Source of the DNA: a candidate division FCPU426 bacterium
GTDB taxonomy: Bacteria; Oederibacteriota; Muellerivitia; Muellerivitales; Muellerivitaceae
Assembly (NCBI GenBank): GCA_963830915.1
Contig: CAWHOE010000034.1
Coordinates: 32,001 to 96,000, forward strand
Direction: 5' to 3'
Length of the DNA stretch: 64,000 nucleotides
The first letter of the stretch is position 1; each line of letters starts with the position of its first letter. Both the position numbers and the translations under genes were made by a program. The notes beneath the pieces were generated by a model, which was given only the letters and a program-made list of their open reading frames with translations, had not been told where the DNA came from and ran no database searches. Below are positions 9,567-20,729 of this stretch, one piece after another.

Positions 9567-10190
9567 ATGTTCCGGATCAAGATCTGCGGAGTGACCCGCC
9601 CTCAGGATATTCGTTGGATCGCAAAATGCGGTGCCGACGCTATCGGGTTTCAGATGTCCCTTGGCCCCAGAAAATTGTCACCAGCGCAAGCGAGACGGTT
9701 GGTCAAACAGGTACCGCCCCTATTGACACCAGTAGGTGTTTTTGTCAATGAAACCCTTTCACAGGTGAAAAAGTTGATCAAATATTGCGGTTTCCAAGCG
9801 GCGCAATTGCACGGGGAAGAGAGTTCGGTTTTTTGTGAGGGATTGGATCTGCCTGTCATCAAAGCGATCCGAATGAAAGGGCCTGGCTCGGCTAATGGAT
9901 ATAAGGGCTTTCGGGTTGCGGCCTTTTTGCTCGATACCTATAATGAAAAGATGCGTGGCGGCACCGGCGAAAGGTTCCAAGCTGGATGGGCCCGCAGGGC
10001 TGCCCGGATCCTTCCGGCGCCTGTCTTGTTGGCGGGTGGGTTGAACCCTCAAAATGTCCAAAAGGCCATTTCGACCTCTAAGGCCTTCGGCGTGGATGTA
10101 TCCAGCGGTGTGGAAAGCCGGCCGGGCATAAAAGATCCTAGGAAAGTTTCCCTTTTTATCAGCAAGGCGCGAAAAACATTCGTCATTTGA
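9567..10190 (+). CDS. trpF: Phosphoribosylanthranilate isomerase
   Basis: IKICG, QLHGEE, GGTG, LAGGLNPQNV, GVDVSSGVE. Confidence 0.96.
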   Translation: MFRIKICGVTRPQDIRWIAKCGADAIGFQMSLGPRKLSPAQARRLVKQVPPLLTPVGVFVNETLSQVKKLIKYCGFQAAQLHGEESSVFCEGLDLPVIKAIRMKGPGSANGYKGFRVAAFLLDTYNEKMRGGTGERFQAGWARRAARILPAPVLLAGGLNPQNVQKAISTSKAFGVDVSSGVESRPGIKDPRKVSLFISKARKTFVI

Positions 10191-10210
10191 AAGGAAGTTA
10201 ACCCGGACAC

Positions 10211-10801
10211 ATGGCCGACCAAAAGTCGTTGATCATTAAACTAGCCCATATTTATTACCACACGGGCAGCTGGGATAAAGCCATCCTCGAATACGAGAAA
10301 ATCATTGGCATGGATCCCAACGATTACAATGTCCATGTGACTTTGGGCGAACTGTACTTAAAAAAGGGTGATCTGGAAAGGGCGTACAAGGAGTTCGAAT
10401 TATCGGCCAATGGTTATATGAAGGATAAGAACACTAAAAAAGCGGCAGGCGCTTTTCGAGAGATGGCCAACCTGATCCAAAAAATGATCGAGCCCCAGGA
10501 CATTGAACAGGCCGTTCGGATGTACAAGGAAATATTGGAAAAGTTGCCGGAATCGATCGAGACCTTGACCCATTTGCGGGACCTGTATTTAAGGCATAAT
10601 CAGATCGAGGACGCCTTGAACTGTACCCTTCACCTGGGGGATATGTTCAATCAAATGGATTATGTCGATAAAGCCGAGAATGAGTATTTGAAAGCCTGCG
10701 CCATGGATCCAGGAAATGAAGAGGCTAAGGTGAAATTGGAGAAACTGAAAATGGAAATCGCCCAACAATCGAAAAAAACCACGGATGGAACGGGGAATTA
10801 A
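10211..10801 (+). CDS. Cytoplasmic tetratricopeptide-repeat protein
   Basis: Repeated TPR-like helices ([35 protein letters not shown]); stop overlaps trpB ATG. Confidence 0.8.
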   Translation: MADQKSLIIKLAHIYYHTGSWDKAILEYEKIIGMDPNDYNVHVTLGELYLKKGDLERAYKEFELSANGYMKDKNTKKAAGAFREMANLIQKMIEPQDIEQAVRMYKEILEKLPESIETLTHLRDLYLRHNQIEDALNCTLHLGDMFNQMDYVDKAENEYLKACAMDPGNEEAKVKLEKLKMEIAQQSKKTTDGTGN

Positions 10802-12009
10802 TGACTCCCTTACCGGATAAAAATGGATATTTCGGGCCCTATGGGGGCCAGTATGTGCCGGAAACCCTGATGGTTGCCCTGGATGAATTGACACGAGCAT
10901 ACGGAAAGGCGAAAAAGAACCGGGAGTTCCAGGCCGAATATCATCGATACCTGACAGAATATGACGGACGTCCAACCCCGCTAACCTTCGCCGCCCGACT
11001 GACCGACAAGTTGAAGGGCGCGAGGATCTACCTGAAAAGGGAGGATCTGAATCACACAGGGGCCCATAAGATCAATAATTGTTTGGGGCAGATCCTGTTG
11101 GCGAAAAAGATGGGCAAAAAGCGCATCATCGCAGAAACGGGAGCGGGGCAACATGGGGTCGCTACAGCGACTGTATGCGCTCTTTTTGGGATCCAATGTG
11201 AAGTTTATATGGGCGAGGAGGATGTTCGACGGCAAGCGTTGAATGTATTTCGGATGAGGCTTCTAGGTGCCCAGGTCCACCCGGTGACGGCCGGGACCAA
11301 GACCCTCAAAGACGCGATGAGCGAGGCTATCCGTGATTGGGTCACCAATGTCCAGACTACCTATTATCTGATCGGCTCCACTGCCGGTCCCCATCCTTAT
11401 CCCATGCTGGTACGTGATTTTCAGAAGATCGTCGGCCAGGAAACCCGGCGCCAGATATTGAAGGCCGAAGGACGACTCCCGGACGCCTTGGTCGCCTGTG
11501 TGAATGGGGGATCCAACGCCATCGGCTTGTTCTACCCATTCATCAAGGATAAAAAGGTGCGCATGGTCGGGGTGGAAGCGGCAGGGGATGGAGTGAAGAC
11601 CAAGCGGCACGCGGCGACCATGATGAAAGGGAAACCCGGTATTCTCCATGGAAGCTACAGTTATGTACTTCAAAGCCCGGATGGTCAGATCGCCGATACC
11701 CATTCCATCTCGGCGGGTTTGGATTATCCCGGGATCGGGCCGGAACACGCGTGGCTTAAGGATAGCGGTAGGGCTGAATATGTCTCCGCAACCGACGAAC
11801 AGGCGTTGGAAGCCTTTCAGGCTTTGGCGAGATTCGAGGGTATCCTCCCCGCATTGGAAAGCGCTCACGCTGTCTATCAGGCCATGAAAATGGCCCCGAG
11901 GATGTCTAAAAACAAGATCTTGGTCGTGAACCTGTCGGGCCGGGGAGACAAGGATGTCAACACGGTACTGGAAAGACTGGGGTCAAAACTCATGAGCGTG
12001 AAGCCATGA
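10801..12009 (+). CDS. trpB: Tryptophan synthase beta chain
   Basis: [50 protein letters not shown]. Confidence 0.98.
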   Translation: MTPLPDKNGYFGPYGGQYVPETLMVALDELTRAYGKAKKNREFQAEYHRYLTEYDGRPTPLTFAARLTDKLKGARIYLKREDLNHTGAHKINNCLGQILLAKKMGKKRIIAETGAGQHGVATATVCALFGIQCEVYMGEEDVRRQALNVFRMRLLGAQVHPVTAGTKTLKDAMSEAIRDWVTNVQTTYYLIGSTAGPHPYPMLVRDFQKIVGQETRRQILKAEGRLPDALVACVNGGSNAIGLFYPFIKDKKVRMVGVEAAGDGVKTKRHAATMMKGKPGILHGSYSYVLQSPDGQIADTHSISAGLDYPGIGPEHAWLKDSGRAEYVSATDEQALEAFQALARFEGILPALESAHAVYQAMKMAPRMSKNKILVVNLSGRGDKDVNTVLERLGSKLMSVKP

Positions 12010-12815
12010 GTCAAAAACTTCATCGAGTTTTCCAAATGGCGAGAAAGGATCGCCAGTGCCTGTTCCTGCCCTATATCTGCCTAGGTTATCCGGATTATGG
12101 TTCCTCCCTTTTATCCGCCAAGGCCGCTTTAAGGGCTGGAGCGGCGGCTTTGGAGGTCGGCATCCCCTTTTCAGATCCCATCGCCGATGGGCCGACTTTG
12201 CAAGAAGCAACCAAGATATCCTTGGATCAAGGCACCAGGCTTTCGGATGTTTTCCATTTCATCAAGGATCTAAGAAAAGACGGGTTCATCCAGCCTTTGC
12301 TGGTCATGAGCTACATGAACTTGATCGAGCAAATGGGCTGGAAAAATTTCGCGGTTGAATTATCCAAGGTGGGAGGGGATGGGGCCATCGTTCCAGACTT
12401 GCCTTTGCAGCAGTTCGACAAGGTCAAGCCGTTTTTAAAAGAGAAAGACCTATCCTTAATTCCTTTTGTCGCGCCAACTTCCAACCCGGATCGGATGAAA
12501 ATGGCCGATGCCCAAGGCGCTCCTTTTTTGTATTATGTATCGGTGACCGGAGTGACGGGCGCTAGAAAAGAACTTCCTGCGCAGCTATTTTCCACTTTGA
12601 AAAGGATGAAAATCCGTCTGAAAACGCCAATGGTTGTTGGTTTTGGGATATCCACCCCAGAGCAGGCTGCCAAGGTAGGAAATTCCGCTGATGGTGTGAT
12701 CATCGCCAGCGCCTTGATCCAGGTCATCTCCAAGACAAAACGAGGCATGATAGGGATGGCAGTCGAAAAGTTCTGCGGAAAAGTAGTGAAAGCTTTAAAA
12801 AGTAGAAATCATTAA
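12006..12815 (+). CDS. trpA: Tryptophan synthase alpha chain
   Basis: [34 protein letters not shown]. Confidence 0.97.
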   Translation: MSQKLHRVFQMARKDRQCLFLPYICLGYPDYGSSLLSAKAALRAGAAALEVGIPFSDPIADGPTLQEATKISLDQGTRLSDVFHFIKDLRKDGFIQPLLVMSYMNLIEQMGWKNFAVELSKVGGDGAIVPDLPLQQFDKVKPFLKEKDLSLIPFVAPTSNPDRMKMADAQGAPFLYYVSVTGVTGARKELPAQLFSTLKRMKIRLKTPMVVGFGISTPEQAAKVGNSADGVIIASALIQVISKTKRGMIGMAVEKFCGKVVKALKSRNH

Positions 12816-12850
12816 CGAGAAGATAAGAACAAGGCTTTAAGGAGTCCCCA

Positions 12851-13693
12851 TTGGTCTGGTACAAAAAAGTGAAAAAAATGATCCACAAGGTCACGGATAA
12901 ACGGTCCGTCCGGGTGCCGGAGGGGCTCTACGCAAAATGCGTTGGATGTTCGGCCATCCTTTACAACAAGGAGTTGGACAAGAACCAGAAAGTCTGCCCC
13001 AGGTGCGGTTATCATTACCAGATCTCGGCGCTGGAAAGGCTTTACCTCACCATCGATTCTGGGACTTTCAAGGAATACGACGAGAACATCAGCTCGCTGA
13101 ACCCGCTGGAATTTCCTGAATACGAGAACAAGATCAAAAGAGGCCAGGAAAAGACAAGGATGATCGACGCTGTCGTTACGGGTCTGGGTAAGATCGACGG
13201 GCAACCCGCCTCGATCGCCATCACCGATTTCCAATTCATGGGTGGGAGTATGGGCAGTGTGGTGGGTGAAAAGATCACCAGGGCGGTGGAAAGGGCTATC
13301 CAAGAAAAATTGGGGATGGTCATTATCTCTGCTTCCGGCGGCGGTGCCAGGATGCAGGAGGGAATTCTGTCCTTGATGCAGATGGCCAAGATATCGGCCG
13401 CTTTGGCCAGGCTGGGCGAAGCCCGACTCCCCTATTTCTCGGTCCTGACCGATCCGACAGCGGGTGGCGTGGCCGCTTCTTTTGGCATGTTGGGGGATGT
13501 CAATATCGCCGAGCCGGGAGCTATGATCGGCTTCGCCGGTCCACGGGTCATCGAACAGACCATCCGTCAAAAACTGCCGAAGGGATTCCAGCGTTCCGAG
13601 TTCCTCCTGGACCATGGGTTTGTGGATGTCATCGTTCCCCGGACCGAACTGAAAGCCACCCTCGGAAAGTACCTTAAATTCTTCAGACTGTGA
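12851..13693 (+). CDS. accD: Acetyl-CoA carboxylase carboxyltransferase beta subunit
   Basis: Zinc ribbon CVGC...CPRC, FMGGSMGSVVGEKI, GGARMQEG, GFAGPRVIEQT. Confidence 0.97.
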   Translation: MVWYKKVKKMIHKVTDKRSVRVPEGLYAKCVGCSAILYNKELDKNQKVCPRCGYHYQISALERLYLTIDSGTFKEYDENISSLNPLEFPEYENKIKRGQEKTRMIDAVVTGLGKIDGQPASIAITDFQFMGGSMGSVVGEKITRAVERAIQEKLGMVIISASGGGARMQEGILSLMQMAKISAALARLGEARLPYFSVLTDPTAGGVAASFGMLGDVNIAEPGAMIGFAGPRVIEQTIRQKLPKGFQRSEFLLDHGFVDVIVPRTELKATLGKYLKFFRL

Positions 13694-14985
13694 CCCATCC
13701 CCGCTCGCTGGAATCTCTGGAACGCCTGGGTTGGCGTTTCGGGTTGGAAACCATCCGGGCGTTATTGTCCGAACTGGGTGATCCACATCTTTCCCTGAAA
13801 TGTGCGCACGTGGCTGGTTCCAATGGAAAAGGGTCCACCTGCGCTTTTATGGCATCTTACCTGCGTCAATGCGGATTCCAAGTAGGTCTCTATACATCAC
13901 CCCATCTTTCGAATATCAGGGAACGGTTCCGAATAAACGGAGCTTGGATCGATGAAATAGAATTCGATAATTATTCCAAAAAAATATTGAAGGCCTGCGA
14001 GAAGGTCCGAAAAAGGCTCGGCCATGATCCTACTCATTTTGAGGCTTTAACGGCCCTGGCTTTTTTATGGTTCCGGGACAAGAAGGTGGAATGGGCAGTT
14101 GTGGAGGTGGGATTGGGGGGAAGGCTGGACGCTACCAACGTGATCGAAAATCCAGATCTATCCTTGATCACGCCTATCGGCTTGGAACACCAAGAAATCT
14201 TAGGCAAAAAGATAAGTAAGATCGCTTGGGAAAAGGCCGGGATTCTTAAAGAAGGGATTCCGGCCGCGACTATCCAATATAACTCCACGGCTTTAAACGC
14301 TATCCGGAAAGTGGCGAAGGATAGGGCTGTCCATCTTTGGGTTGGAGGATTGGACTTTCTATATACCCGCCAACGTAATGGGTTTCATTGGGAAGGGCCT
14401 GGGCTAAGTAGATTATTTACTTTTCCCCATCGATCGGATTTCCAGATCATGAACGCATCTTTGGCTATCGCTGGGATACAGATCCTTCAACAAAATGGGA
14501 TGAAGGGCAAACCAGAACAAATACAAAGATCAATGACCGGAATGAAGTGGCCGGGCCGATTGGAAGTCCTCCGGAAAAAACCACTGATCTTATTGGATGG
14601 CGCGCATAATCCAGACGCGGCAAGGGTTTTGGTGTCTTTTCTTAGAAAAGAATATCCCCGAAAAAAATGGATCGTTTTGAATGGGTTCCTTAAAGACAAA
14701 GATTATGAAACTTGTGCCAAGATCCTATCCCCGTTGACAACTCTTTCCTTAGTGACTGAACCACCCAGTGACCGGACGGAAAAGGGGGAAAAAGTTTTCC
14801 GCGCTTGGGAAAGGGAAAGGGTTTCCAGCTTGCTTGTCCGGGATTGGGAAAAGGCTTTGGCCATTGGATTGATCAAATCGGGAGTTTCGTCGAACCCATT
14901 TCCTCTTTTGATCACTGGGTCGTTATATCTGGGAGGGGCCTGCCGAAAACGATTGATCGGTTATAAAGGGTTGGAAAGAATATAG
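13690..14985 (+). CDS. folC: Folylpolyglutamate synthase/dihydrofolate synthase
   Basis: HVAGSNGKGST, YTSPHL, EVGLGGRLDATN, WPGRLE, LDGAHNP. Confidence 0.95.
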   Translation: MTHPRSLESLERLGWRFGLETIRALLSELGDPHLSLKCAHVAGSNGKGSTCAFMASYLRQCGFQVGLYTSPHLSNIRERFRINGAWIDEIEFDNYSKKILKACEKVRKRLGHDPTHFEALTALAFLWFRDKKVEWAVVEVGLGGRLDATNVIENPDLSLITPIGLEHQEILGKKISKIAWEKAGILKEGIPAATIQYNSTALNAIRKVAKDRAVHLWVGGLDFLYTRQRNGFHWEGPGLSRLFTFPHRSDFQIMNASLAIAGIQILQQNGMKGKPEQIQRSMTGMKWPGRLEVLRKKPLILLDGAHNPDAARVLVSFLRKEYPRKKWIVLNGFLKDKDYETCAKILSPLTTLSLVTEPPSDRTEKGEKVFRAWERERVSSLLVRDWEKALAIGLIKSGVSSNPFPLLITGSLYLGGACRKRLIGYKGLERI

Positions 14986-14992
14986 ACTTTTT

Positions 14993-16177
14993 TTAATGGC
15001 TGTCTAAAAGATTTGGCTTTATTAAGGCCCAAAAATTCAATTGAAGTCCTAACAAGAAAAATTGGACATTCATGAACTGATGGCTGAACGTGTATTCGGT
15101 CAATCCCCAGACTAAAACGGAGGAAAAAACGCATAAAAAGATCCAGTTCAAACCCTCCAATTCGATCAGAGTTTCTTGGCGGCTCAAGGCAGTTTTGTAG
15201 TAACTGAATATCCAGAATAAATAGGCTATCAAACCTATCCAACCGTTTTGAACAAGGACCTGGAGAAAATTGTTGTGAAGGTGGGGAACGGTCGGTTCAT
15301 ATAGATTCAGAGCCATCAATCGATAGCGGGGGAAAACATCCGAAATGTTTCCTTGGCCAATTCCCCAGGGATGGTCTTTGATGATCTTCATGCCAGAAAG
15401 CCATATCAGAAGCCTGGGTTGACTGGAGTTGGCGATTTGGTGGTTGTCGTCGTATGAGATATTCAAGTCGGTGATACTTTTAACCCTGTTTTGCAATGAG
15501 GTCGGCATCATGAAAAAGGCCGACGCGATCAAGATGGCCGCTGCCAATAGCCATTTGCGATTGTAACGCCAGGAAAAAAGGAAAAAACCGGCGAAAGCCC
15601 CGATCCAAGCTCCCCTCGTTTGGGTAAGAACAAGGGCCGAGAGGATGAGTATGAAGCTGGCCCAAAGCCAAATGTTTTTGGGCGAGTTTTTCAAGAACCA
15701 GATCGTCAATAGTAATCCCGCCATCAACAACCCGCCGAAGACCATTTTGTCCCCCGAAAATGAATCGATCCGATTCTCGTGGAGGAAGAAATACTTTCCA
15801 ATACCGTAAATGGAACAAATGGCGGTACCGAAGATGAAGATTAAAAGCAACTTTCTGATTTCTTGCTCACCGAGAGCCATAGCTCCCAGAGGGAAGATCA
15901 TTAAGAAGGTTAGATATTTATGGACAGTATGAAAACTATTGGCGGGATCCACTCCTACTACCGCCCCAAGGAAAAAAGTGGACAAAAAAAGCAGCGTGGC
16001 AAAAGGAAATAGTCCTTTAGGCCAATTGACCGGTTCCTTGGAACGGAAACGTAGATAAAAAAAGATCAAAACAGCCACCCAAATCAAGTTCTGCAATGAA
16101 ATCGAGGCAACCGCGGTGGCAGAAAATGCGGATAGGCACCACAGAAGGTAACGATTATTTGTTGCCGATGTTTCCAT
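14993..16177 (-). CDS. O-antigen ligase (WaaL/Wzy_C) family membrane protein
   Basis: Multi-TM; TQTRGAWIG, R..IW..G.KII.DHPWGIG and HLHNNFLQVLVQNGWIG motifs. Confidence 0.85.
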   Translation of the reverse strand: METSATNNRYLLWCLSAFSATAVASISLQNLIWVAVLIFFYLRFRSKEPVNWPKGLFPFATLLFLSTFFLGAVVGVDPANSFHTVHKYLTFLMIFPLGAMALGEQEIRKLLLIFIFGTAICSIYGIGKYFFLHENRIDSFSGDKMVFGGLLMAGLLLTIWFLKNSPKNIWLWASFILILSALVLTQTRGAWIGAFAGFFLFSWRYNRKWLLAAAILIASAFFMMPTSLQNRVKSITDLNISYDDNHQIANSSQPRLLIWLSGMKIIKDHPWGIGQGNISDVFPRYRLMALNLYEPTVPHLHNNFLQVLVQNGWIGLIAYLFWIFSYYKTALSRQETLIELEGLNWIFLCVFSSVLVWGLTEYTFSHQFMNVQFFLLGLQLNFWALIKPNLLDSH

Positions 16178-16255
16178 GAATCGGAATTATAAGGCTCTTT
16201 CCCTAATGGAGGAACCATTCCTCGTGAAAAACCATTGTTATCGGCAGGTTGTTCG

Positions 16256-16284
16256 TTGACAGGGTCTATCCTGGATGTTTTAAT
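16256..16284 (+). promoter_or_regulatory. Possible sigma70 promoter for the sugar ABC ATPase
   Basis: TTGACA-17 nt-TTTAAT in the divergent intergenic region. Confidence 0.4.
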
Positions 16285-16394
16285 AACGTTGGTTTTTCGG
16301 TCTTCCGGCGGAAAAAAGAGCCGGTGGACAATTTGGCTCTGAAACTTTCCCGTGAAATGTCGGGGTGTTTCGGTCCCTATAGCGGAGGAATGGA

Positions 16395-17498
16395 ATGGCA
16401 AAAGTCGTCCTCAAGAACGTCAACAAGGTCTATGGAAATAATGTTGTCGCGGTCAATAACGTTAATATCGAGATCGCCGACAAGGAATTTCTGGTCTTGG
16501 TCGGACCCTCGGGTTGTGGTAAATCCACCACTCTTCGTATGGTGGCTGGATTGGAAGAGCTCTCGGGCGGCGAGATCCGCATCGATGATACCCTGGTCAA
16601 TGATGTCCCTCCCAAAGATAGGGATATCGCCATGGTCTTCCAGAATTACGCTCTTTATCCACACATGACCGTGTTCGAGAACATGGCATTCGGTCTAAAA
16701 CTCCGCAAATACCCTAAAGAAGAGATCAAACAGCGGGTCTATGAGGCGGCCAACATCCTGGGTATCCAGGAATTGCTGAATCGCCGTCCCAAGGAACTGT
16801 CTGGCGGTCAGCGCCAACGCGTGGCGGTCGGTCGAGCCATCGTCCGCAAACCGAAAGTGTTCCTGTTCGACGAGCCCCTTTCTAACCTGGACGCCAAATT
16901 GCGTGTACAGATGAGGGCTGAGATCTCCAAGCTCCATACCCGCCTTCAGGCGACCATGATCTATGTGACCCACGATCAGTTGGAAGCCATGACCATGGGC
17001 GACCGGATCGCGGTCATGAAGGACGGCTATGTCCAACAGATCGCCGATCCTATCACCCTCTATGAGAAGCCCCTCAACAAGTTCGTCGCTGGTTTCATTG
17101 GGACTCCCGCCATGAACTTCATGGAAGGTTCGCTCAACAAAAAGCGTACAGGGATCTATTTCAACGAGGAGAACTTCGAGATCCGTCTGCCGGACCAGTT
17201 CTCTGCTCAAGTGGAAGGCCATGTGGGTCGGGAAGTCATTTTGGGGATACGGCCCGAGGACATCCATGACAAGATGGACGCGGCCAACGCTTCCCCTGAT
17301 AACACCATCAGCGCCACAGTCGAGATCATCGAGCCGCTGGGCGCCGAAGCCTATCTTTATCTGACGACCGGAAAGAGCCCCTTCATCGCGAGGGTTTCCA
17401 GCCACGATCAGATCGAGATCAACCAGGATATCGAATTGGTCTTCAATATGCAGAAGGCCCATATCTTCGATAAAGAAACGGAAAAGTGCCTAACCTAA
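16395..17498 (+). CDS. Sugar ABC transporter ATP-binding protein (MalK/MsmX/UgpC family)
   Basis: GPSGCGKST, VFQNYALYPHM, LSGGQRQRVA, DEPLSNLDAKLR, C-terminal TOBE region; no permease or binding-protein gene adjacent. Confidence 0.95.
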   Translation: MAKVVLKNVNKVYGNNVVAVNNVNIEIADKEFLVLVGPSGCGKSTTLRMVAGLEELSGGEIRIDDTLVNDVPPKDRDIAMVFQNYALYPHMTVFENMAFGLKLRKYPKEEIKQRVYEAANILGIQELLNRRPKELSGGQRQRVAVGRAIVRKPKVFLFDEPLSNLDAKLRVQMRAEISKLHTRLQATMIYVTHDQLEAMTMGDRIAVMKDGYVQQIADPITLYEKPLNKFVAGFIGTPAMNFMEGSLNKKRTGIYFNEENFEIRLPDQFSAQVEGHVGREVILGIRPEDIHDKMDAANASPDNTISATVEIIEPLGAEAYLYLTTGKSPFIARVSSHDQIEINQDIELVFNMQKAHIFDKETEKCLT

Positions 17499-17537
17499 GG
17501 TATTGATCCGACGCTGTTCGAAAAATATGAAGTCACT

Positions 17538-17567
17538 AAAACCGGGGCGAAAAACGTCCCGGTTTTT
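17538..17567 (+). terminator. Intrinsic terminator, possibly bidirectional
   Basis: AAAACCGGGGCG-AAAAA-CGTCCCGGTTTTT. Confidence 0.75.
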
Positions 17568-17618
17568 AAGTTTCTGGTAAGATTACTTACGTTTGTAACA
17601 TCCCGATAAGGAGAACCA

Positions 17619-18923
17619 ATGCGAATCGCCGTCGTTGGAACGGGCTATGTCGGACTGGTGACCGGGTCCTGTTTCGCCGATCTGGGAAATATCGTGACCT
17701 GTGTCGATGTGGACAAGAAGAAAATACAGGATCTAAAAAAAGGGATCGTCCCTATATTCGAGCCGGGCCTGGAAGAGGTTGTCCGGCGCAACAAAAACCA
17801 GCGTCTTCTTTTTACTACGGACCTAGCCAAGGCGGTTCAAGAAGCGGATTTCATTTTCATTGCCGTCAGTACCCCTCCCGGCAAGGGCGGGGAAGCGGAT
17901 ATTTCCAATGTGAAAGCGGTCGCCCGAGGGATCGCCAAGTCCATTAATGGTTATAAGATCATCATCAATAAAAGCACGGTTCCCATCGGCATGGGGGATG
18001 TGGTGACCCAGATCATCAAACAGAATGGGCCTGAGGATGTTTCTTTCGATGTAGTCTCCAATCCCGAGTTCCTTAGGGAAGGCTCCGCGGTGATGGACCT
18101 GATGAAGCCTGAACGTGTTGTGATCGGCGCCACCCGCCGGTCAGCCGCTCAGAAAGTCGCTGAGATCTACAAACCGCTCCATTGCCCGATCCTTATCACC
18201 GATTTGAAAAGCGCCGAGATGATCAAATACGCCTCGAACGCTTTCCTGGCCACAAAAATATCCTTCGTCAACGAGATATCCAATCTTTGCGATAAGGTCG
18301 GGGCTGATATCCAGCAAGTGACCAAAGGGATGAGTTATGACACGAGGATCGGTAACCAATTCTTGAACGCGGGACTGGGTTTTGGCGGAAGCTGTTTCCC
18401 CAAGGATGTATCGGCACTGGTCGATATCGGTAAAAAAAATGGATATCCCTTCCGTATCCTGCCCCAAGTTTTGGCCATCAATCATTTCCAGCGTTTGGCC
18501 TACGTGGCAAAAGTCCGGAAAGTTCTGGGGCCAATAAAAGGCAAGACTTTGGCTGTCTGGGGATTATCTTTCAAACCCAATACGGACGACCTACGGGAAG
18601 CCCCTTCCCTGACGATTCTTCCTTTTTTGTCCGCTGCGGGTGCCAAGGTCAGGGCTTATGACCCTGTTACGAACGAAAAGGCTAAGGAAATTTTCAAGAA
18701 GGTTAAATTCTTTAGCTCTCCTTATGAGACGGCTCGGGGAGCGGACGCGGTCTTGGTTTTGACAGAATGGAATGAGTTCAAACAGGTGGATTTCCAGAAG
18801 TTGAAAATGCTGATGAAAAGGCCTGTCCTGATCGACGGACGCAACATGTATGAACCACAGGAAATGGTTGAAAAGGGATTCGCCTATACTGGTATGGGAC
18901 GGGGAGAAGTCCTGAATTTTTGA
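17619..18923 (+). CDS. ugd: UDP-glucose/GDP-mannose 6-dehydrogenase
   Basis: VVGTGYVGL, KSTVP, SNPEFLREG, GFGGSCFPKD, FKPNTDDLRE. Confidence 0.93.
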   Translation: MRIAVVGTGYVGLVTGSCFADLGNIVTCVDVDKKKIQDLKKGIVPIFEPGLEEVVRRNKNQRLLFTTDLAKAVQEADFIFIAVSTPPGKGGEADISNVKAVARGIAKSINGYKIIINKSTVPIGMGDVVTQIIKQNGPEDVSFDVVSNPEFLREGSAVMDLMKPERVVIGATRRSAAQKVAEIYKPLHCPILITDLKSAEMIKYASNAFLATKISFVNEISNLCDKVGADIQQVTKGMSYDTRIGNQFLNAGLGFGGSCFPKDVSALVDIGKKNGYPFRILPQVLAINHFQRLAYVAKVRKVLGPIKGKTLAVWGLSFKPNTDDLREAPSLTILPFLSAAGAKVRAYDPVTNEKAKEIFKKVKFFSSPYETARGADAVLVLTEWNEFKQVDFQKLKMLMKRPVLIDGRNMYEPQEMVEKGFAYTGMGRGEVLNF

Positions 18924-18958
18924 TGAGCCCGTTGAACTTAATCAAGGAGCTATCCTAA

Positions 18959-19828
18959 GTGAGAATAGTTTTGTTGGGTTCCGCCGGAATGCTGGGATCG
19001 AAATTTTCCGAAATCCTTGCTCAAAGAAAAGATCAAATTCTGGCCCCTTCACTTCAGGAATTGGACCTTTCCGAACCGCTTGCCATCGAGGAATATTTCA
19101 AGAAGAACGACTTTGACGTGGTGGTCAACTGCGCGGCCTATACTGCTGTCGATGCCTGCGAGGAACCTTCCCAATATTCCATCGCCCTGAACGTCAATGG
19201 CGCGGCTCCGGGGTGGTTGGCCCGCTTCTGCAAAAAAACGAAACGAATGTTGGTGCATTATTCTACCGACTATGTGTTCGACGGTGAAAAAGAAGGTTTT
19301 TACCTTGAGGCCGACAATCCCAACCCGTTGAACGCTTATGGTCGAACTAAATGGCAGGGTGAACGTCTGGTCCAGACAGAGAACCCTTTTTATTACTTGA
19401 TCCGCACCTCATGGCTCTACGGGCCTCATGGAAGGAATTTCGTGAAGACCATCGTTAACGTCTTGAAAACCAAGCCCAAGGCCGAGGTGGTTTCGGACCA
19501 GGTGGGACGGCCAACTTACACAGGAGATCTAGTCCGTTTTACCCTGGAACTCCTTGAAAAAAAAGCCGAACAGGGGCTCTACCATTACGCTAATGAAGGC
19601 ACGGCTTCCTGGTGCGATTTCGCCAGAGAAATCCAGGCTCAAACCGGATTGGAAAACTGCAAGGTGGTTCCATCGTTGACCGAAAATGTGTTTAGACCCG
19701 CCAAACGCCCGGCCAATTCCAGGCTTGATCTCAGTAAATCCTCTGCGGCCGTCGGCCACCCTTCGCGTCCCTGGCAGGAAGCTTTGGGCGAATATTTGAC
19801 CAAGGAATTGCCGAATGAAACGACCTGA
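18959..19828 (+). CDS. rfbD: dTDP-4-dehydrorhamnose reductase
   Basis: GSAGMLG, NCAAYTAVD, STDYVFDG, YGRTK, RP.NSRLD. Confidence 0.92.
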   Translation: MRIVLLGSAGMLGSKFSEILAQRKDQILAPSLQELDLSEPLAIEEYFKKNDFDVVVNCAAYTAVDACEEPSQYSIALNVNGAAPGWLARFCKKTKRMLVHYSTDYVFDGEKEGFYLEADNPNPLNAYGRTKWQGERLVQTENPFYYLIRTSWLYGPHGRNFVKTIVNVLKTKPKAEVVSDQVGRPTYTGDLVRFTLELLEKKAEQGLYHYANEGTASWCDFAREIQAQTGLENCKVVPSLTENVFRPAKRPANSRLDLSKSSAAVGHPSRPWQEALGEYLTKELPNETT

Positions 19829-20555
19829 ACTGACCGTTGTCATCCCGGTTTACAATGAGGAAAATCGAATCGGCCCTACCCTTGAGGAATCCTTGCATTA
19901 TTTGAAAACCAAAAAGATTTCCGCCGAGATCCTGATCGTGGACGATGGGTCGAAGGATCGAACCCGAGCGGTTGTGGAAAAAATAGAAAAACGCGCAAAG
20001 GGATGGATCGTTATTCATTTCCTTGAACATGGCGTCAATAAGGGTAAAGGGGCCGCGGTCCGTACCGGGGCTTTAGCCGCCAAGGGGGAAGTAATCCTAT
20101 TCATGGACGCTGACAACGCTACTCCCCTCTCGGAATATGAGAAATTCAAGCCAGTCCTCAAATCCGGGGTCGAGGTGGTGATCGGAAGCCGAGCCGTGGA
20201 TCGATCCCAGGTCAAGATCCCCCAACCGATCTATCGTCAAGCCTTGGGGAGGGTGGCGAATCTTCTCATTCAAATACTGGTCGTCTGGGGTATTTGGGAT
20301 ACTCAATGTGGTTTCAAGGCTTTTTCCCGAAAGGCGGCTAGCCGAATATTCCCTCTTCAGACCATTCACCGTTTCGGTTTCGATTTTGAACTGCTTTTTA
20401 TCGCCCATCGCCTTGGATTTACCATCAAAGAAATTTCCGTTCAGTGGTTCAACTCACCCTATTCAAAGGTCAAATTGGGGGATTATTTACACACTTTGAT
20501 CGAATTATTCACGATCCGGGTGAATGCCCTGAAGGGTCTTTACGACCGGAAATAG
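19815..20555 (+). CDS. GT2, dolichyl-phosphate beta-glucosyltransferase-like
   Basis: VIPVYNE, VDDGSKD, NKGKGAAV, FMDAD, DTQCGFK, FGFDFELL. Confidence 0.88.
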   Translation: MKRPELTVVIPVYNEENRIGPTLEESLHYLKTKKISAEILIVDDGSKDRTRAVVEKIEKRAKGWIVIHFLEHGVNKGKGAAVRTGALAAKGEVILFMDADNATPLSEYEKFKPVLKSGVEVVIGSRAVDRSQVKIPQPIYRQALGRVANLLIQILVVWGIWDTQCGFKAFSRKAASRIFPLQTIHRFGFDFELLFIAHRLGFTIKEISVQWFNSPYSKVKLGDYLHTLIELFTIRVNALKGLYDRK

Positions 20556-20729
20556 GGACTCGGTTTTTTTAAACCCGGAAGAATCAGAAGAAAAAACGAT
20601 ATGTTTTCCGAATCCACCTTTGTTCTCTTCGAAAATAAATTCATCCTCAACGGGAACGCTTTTATTTCAACCGGTGGAGAAGAATGTTAATGCTCCAAAG
20701 GTTTATATCCATGGAAAGATGAGGGCTTC

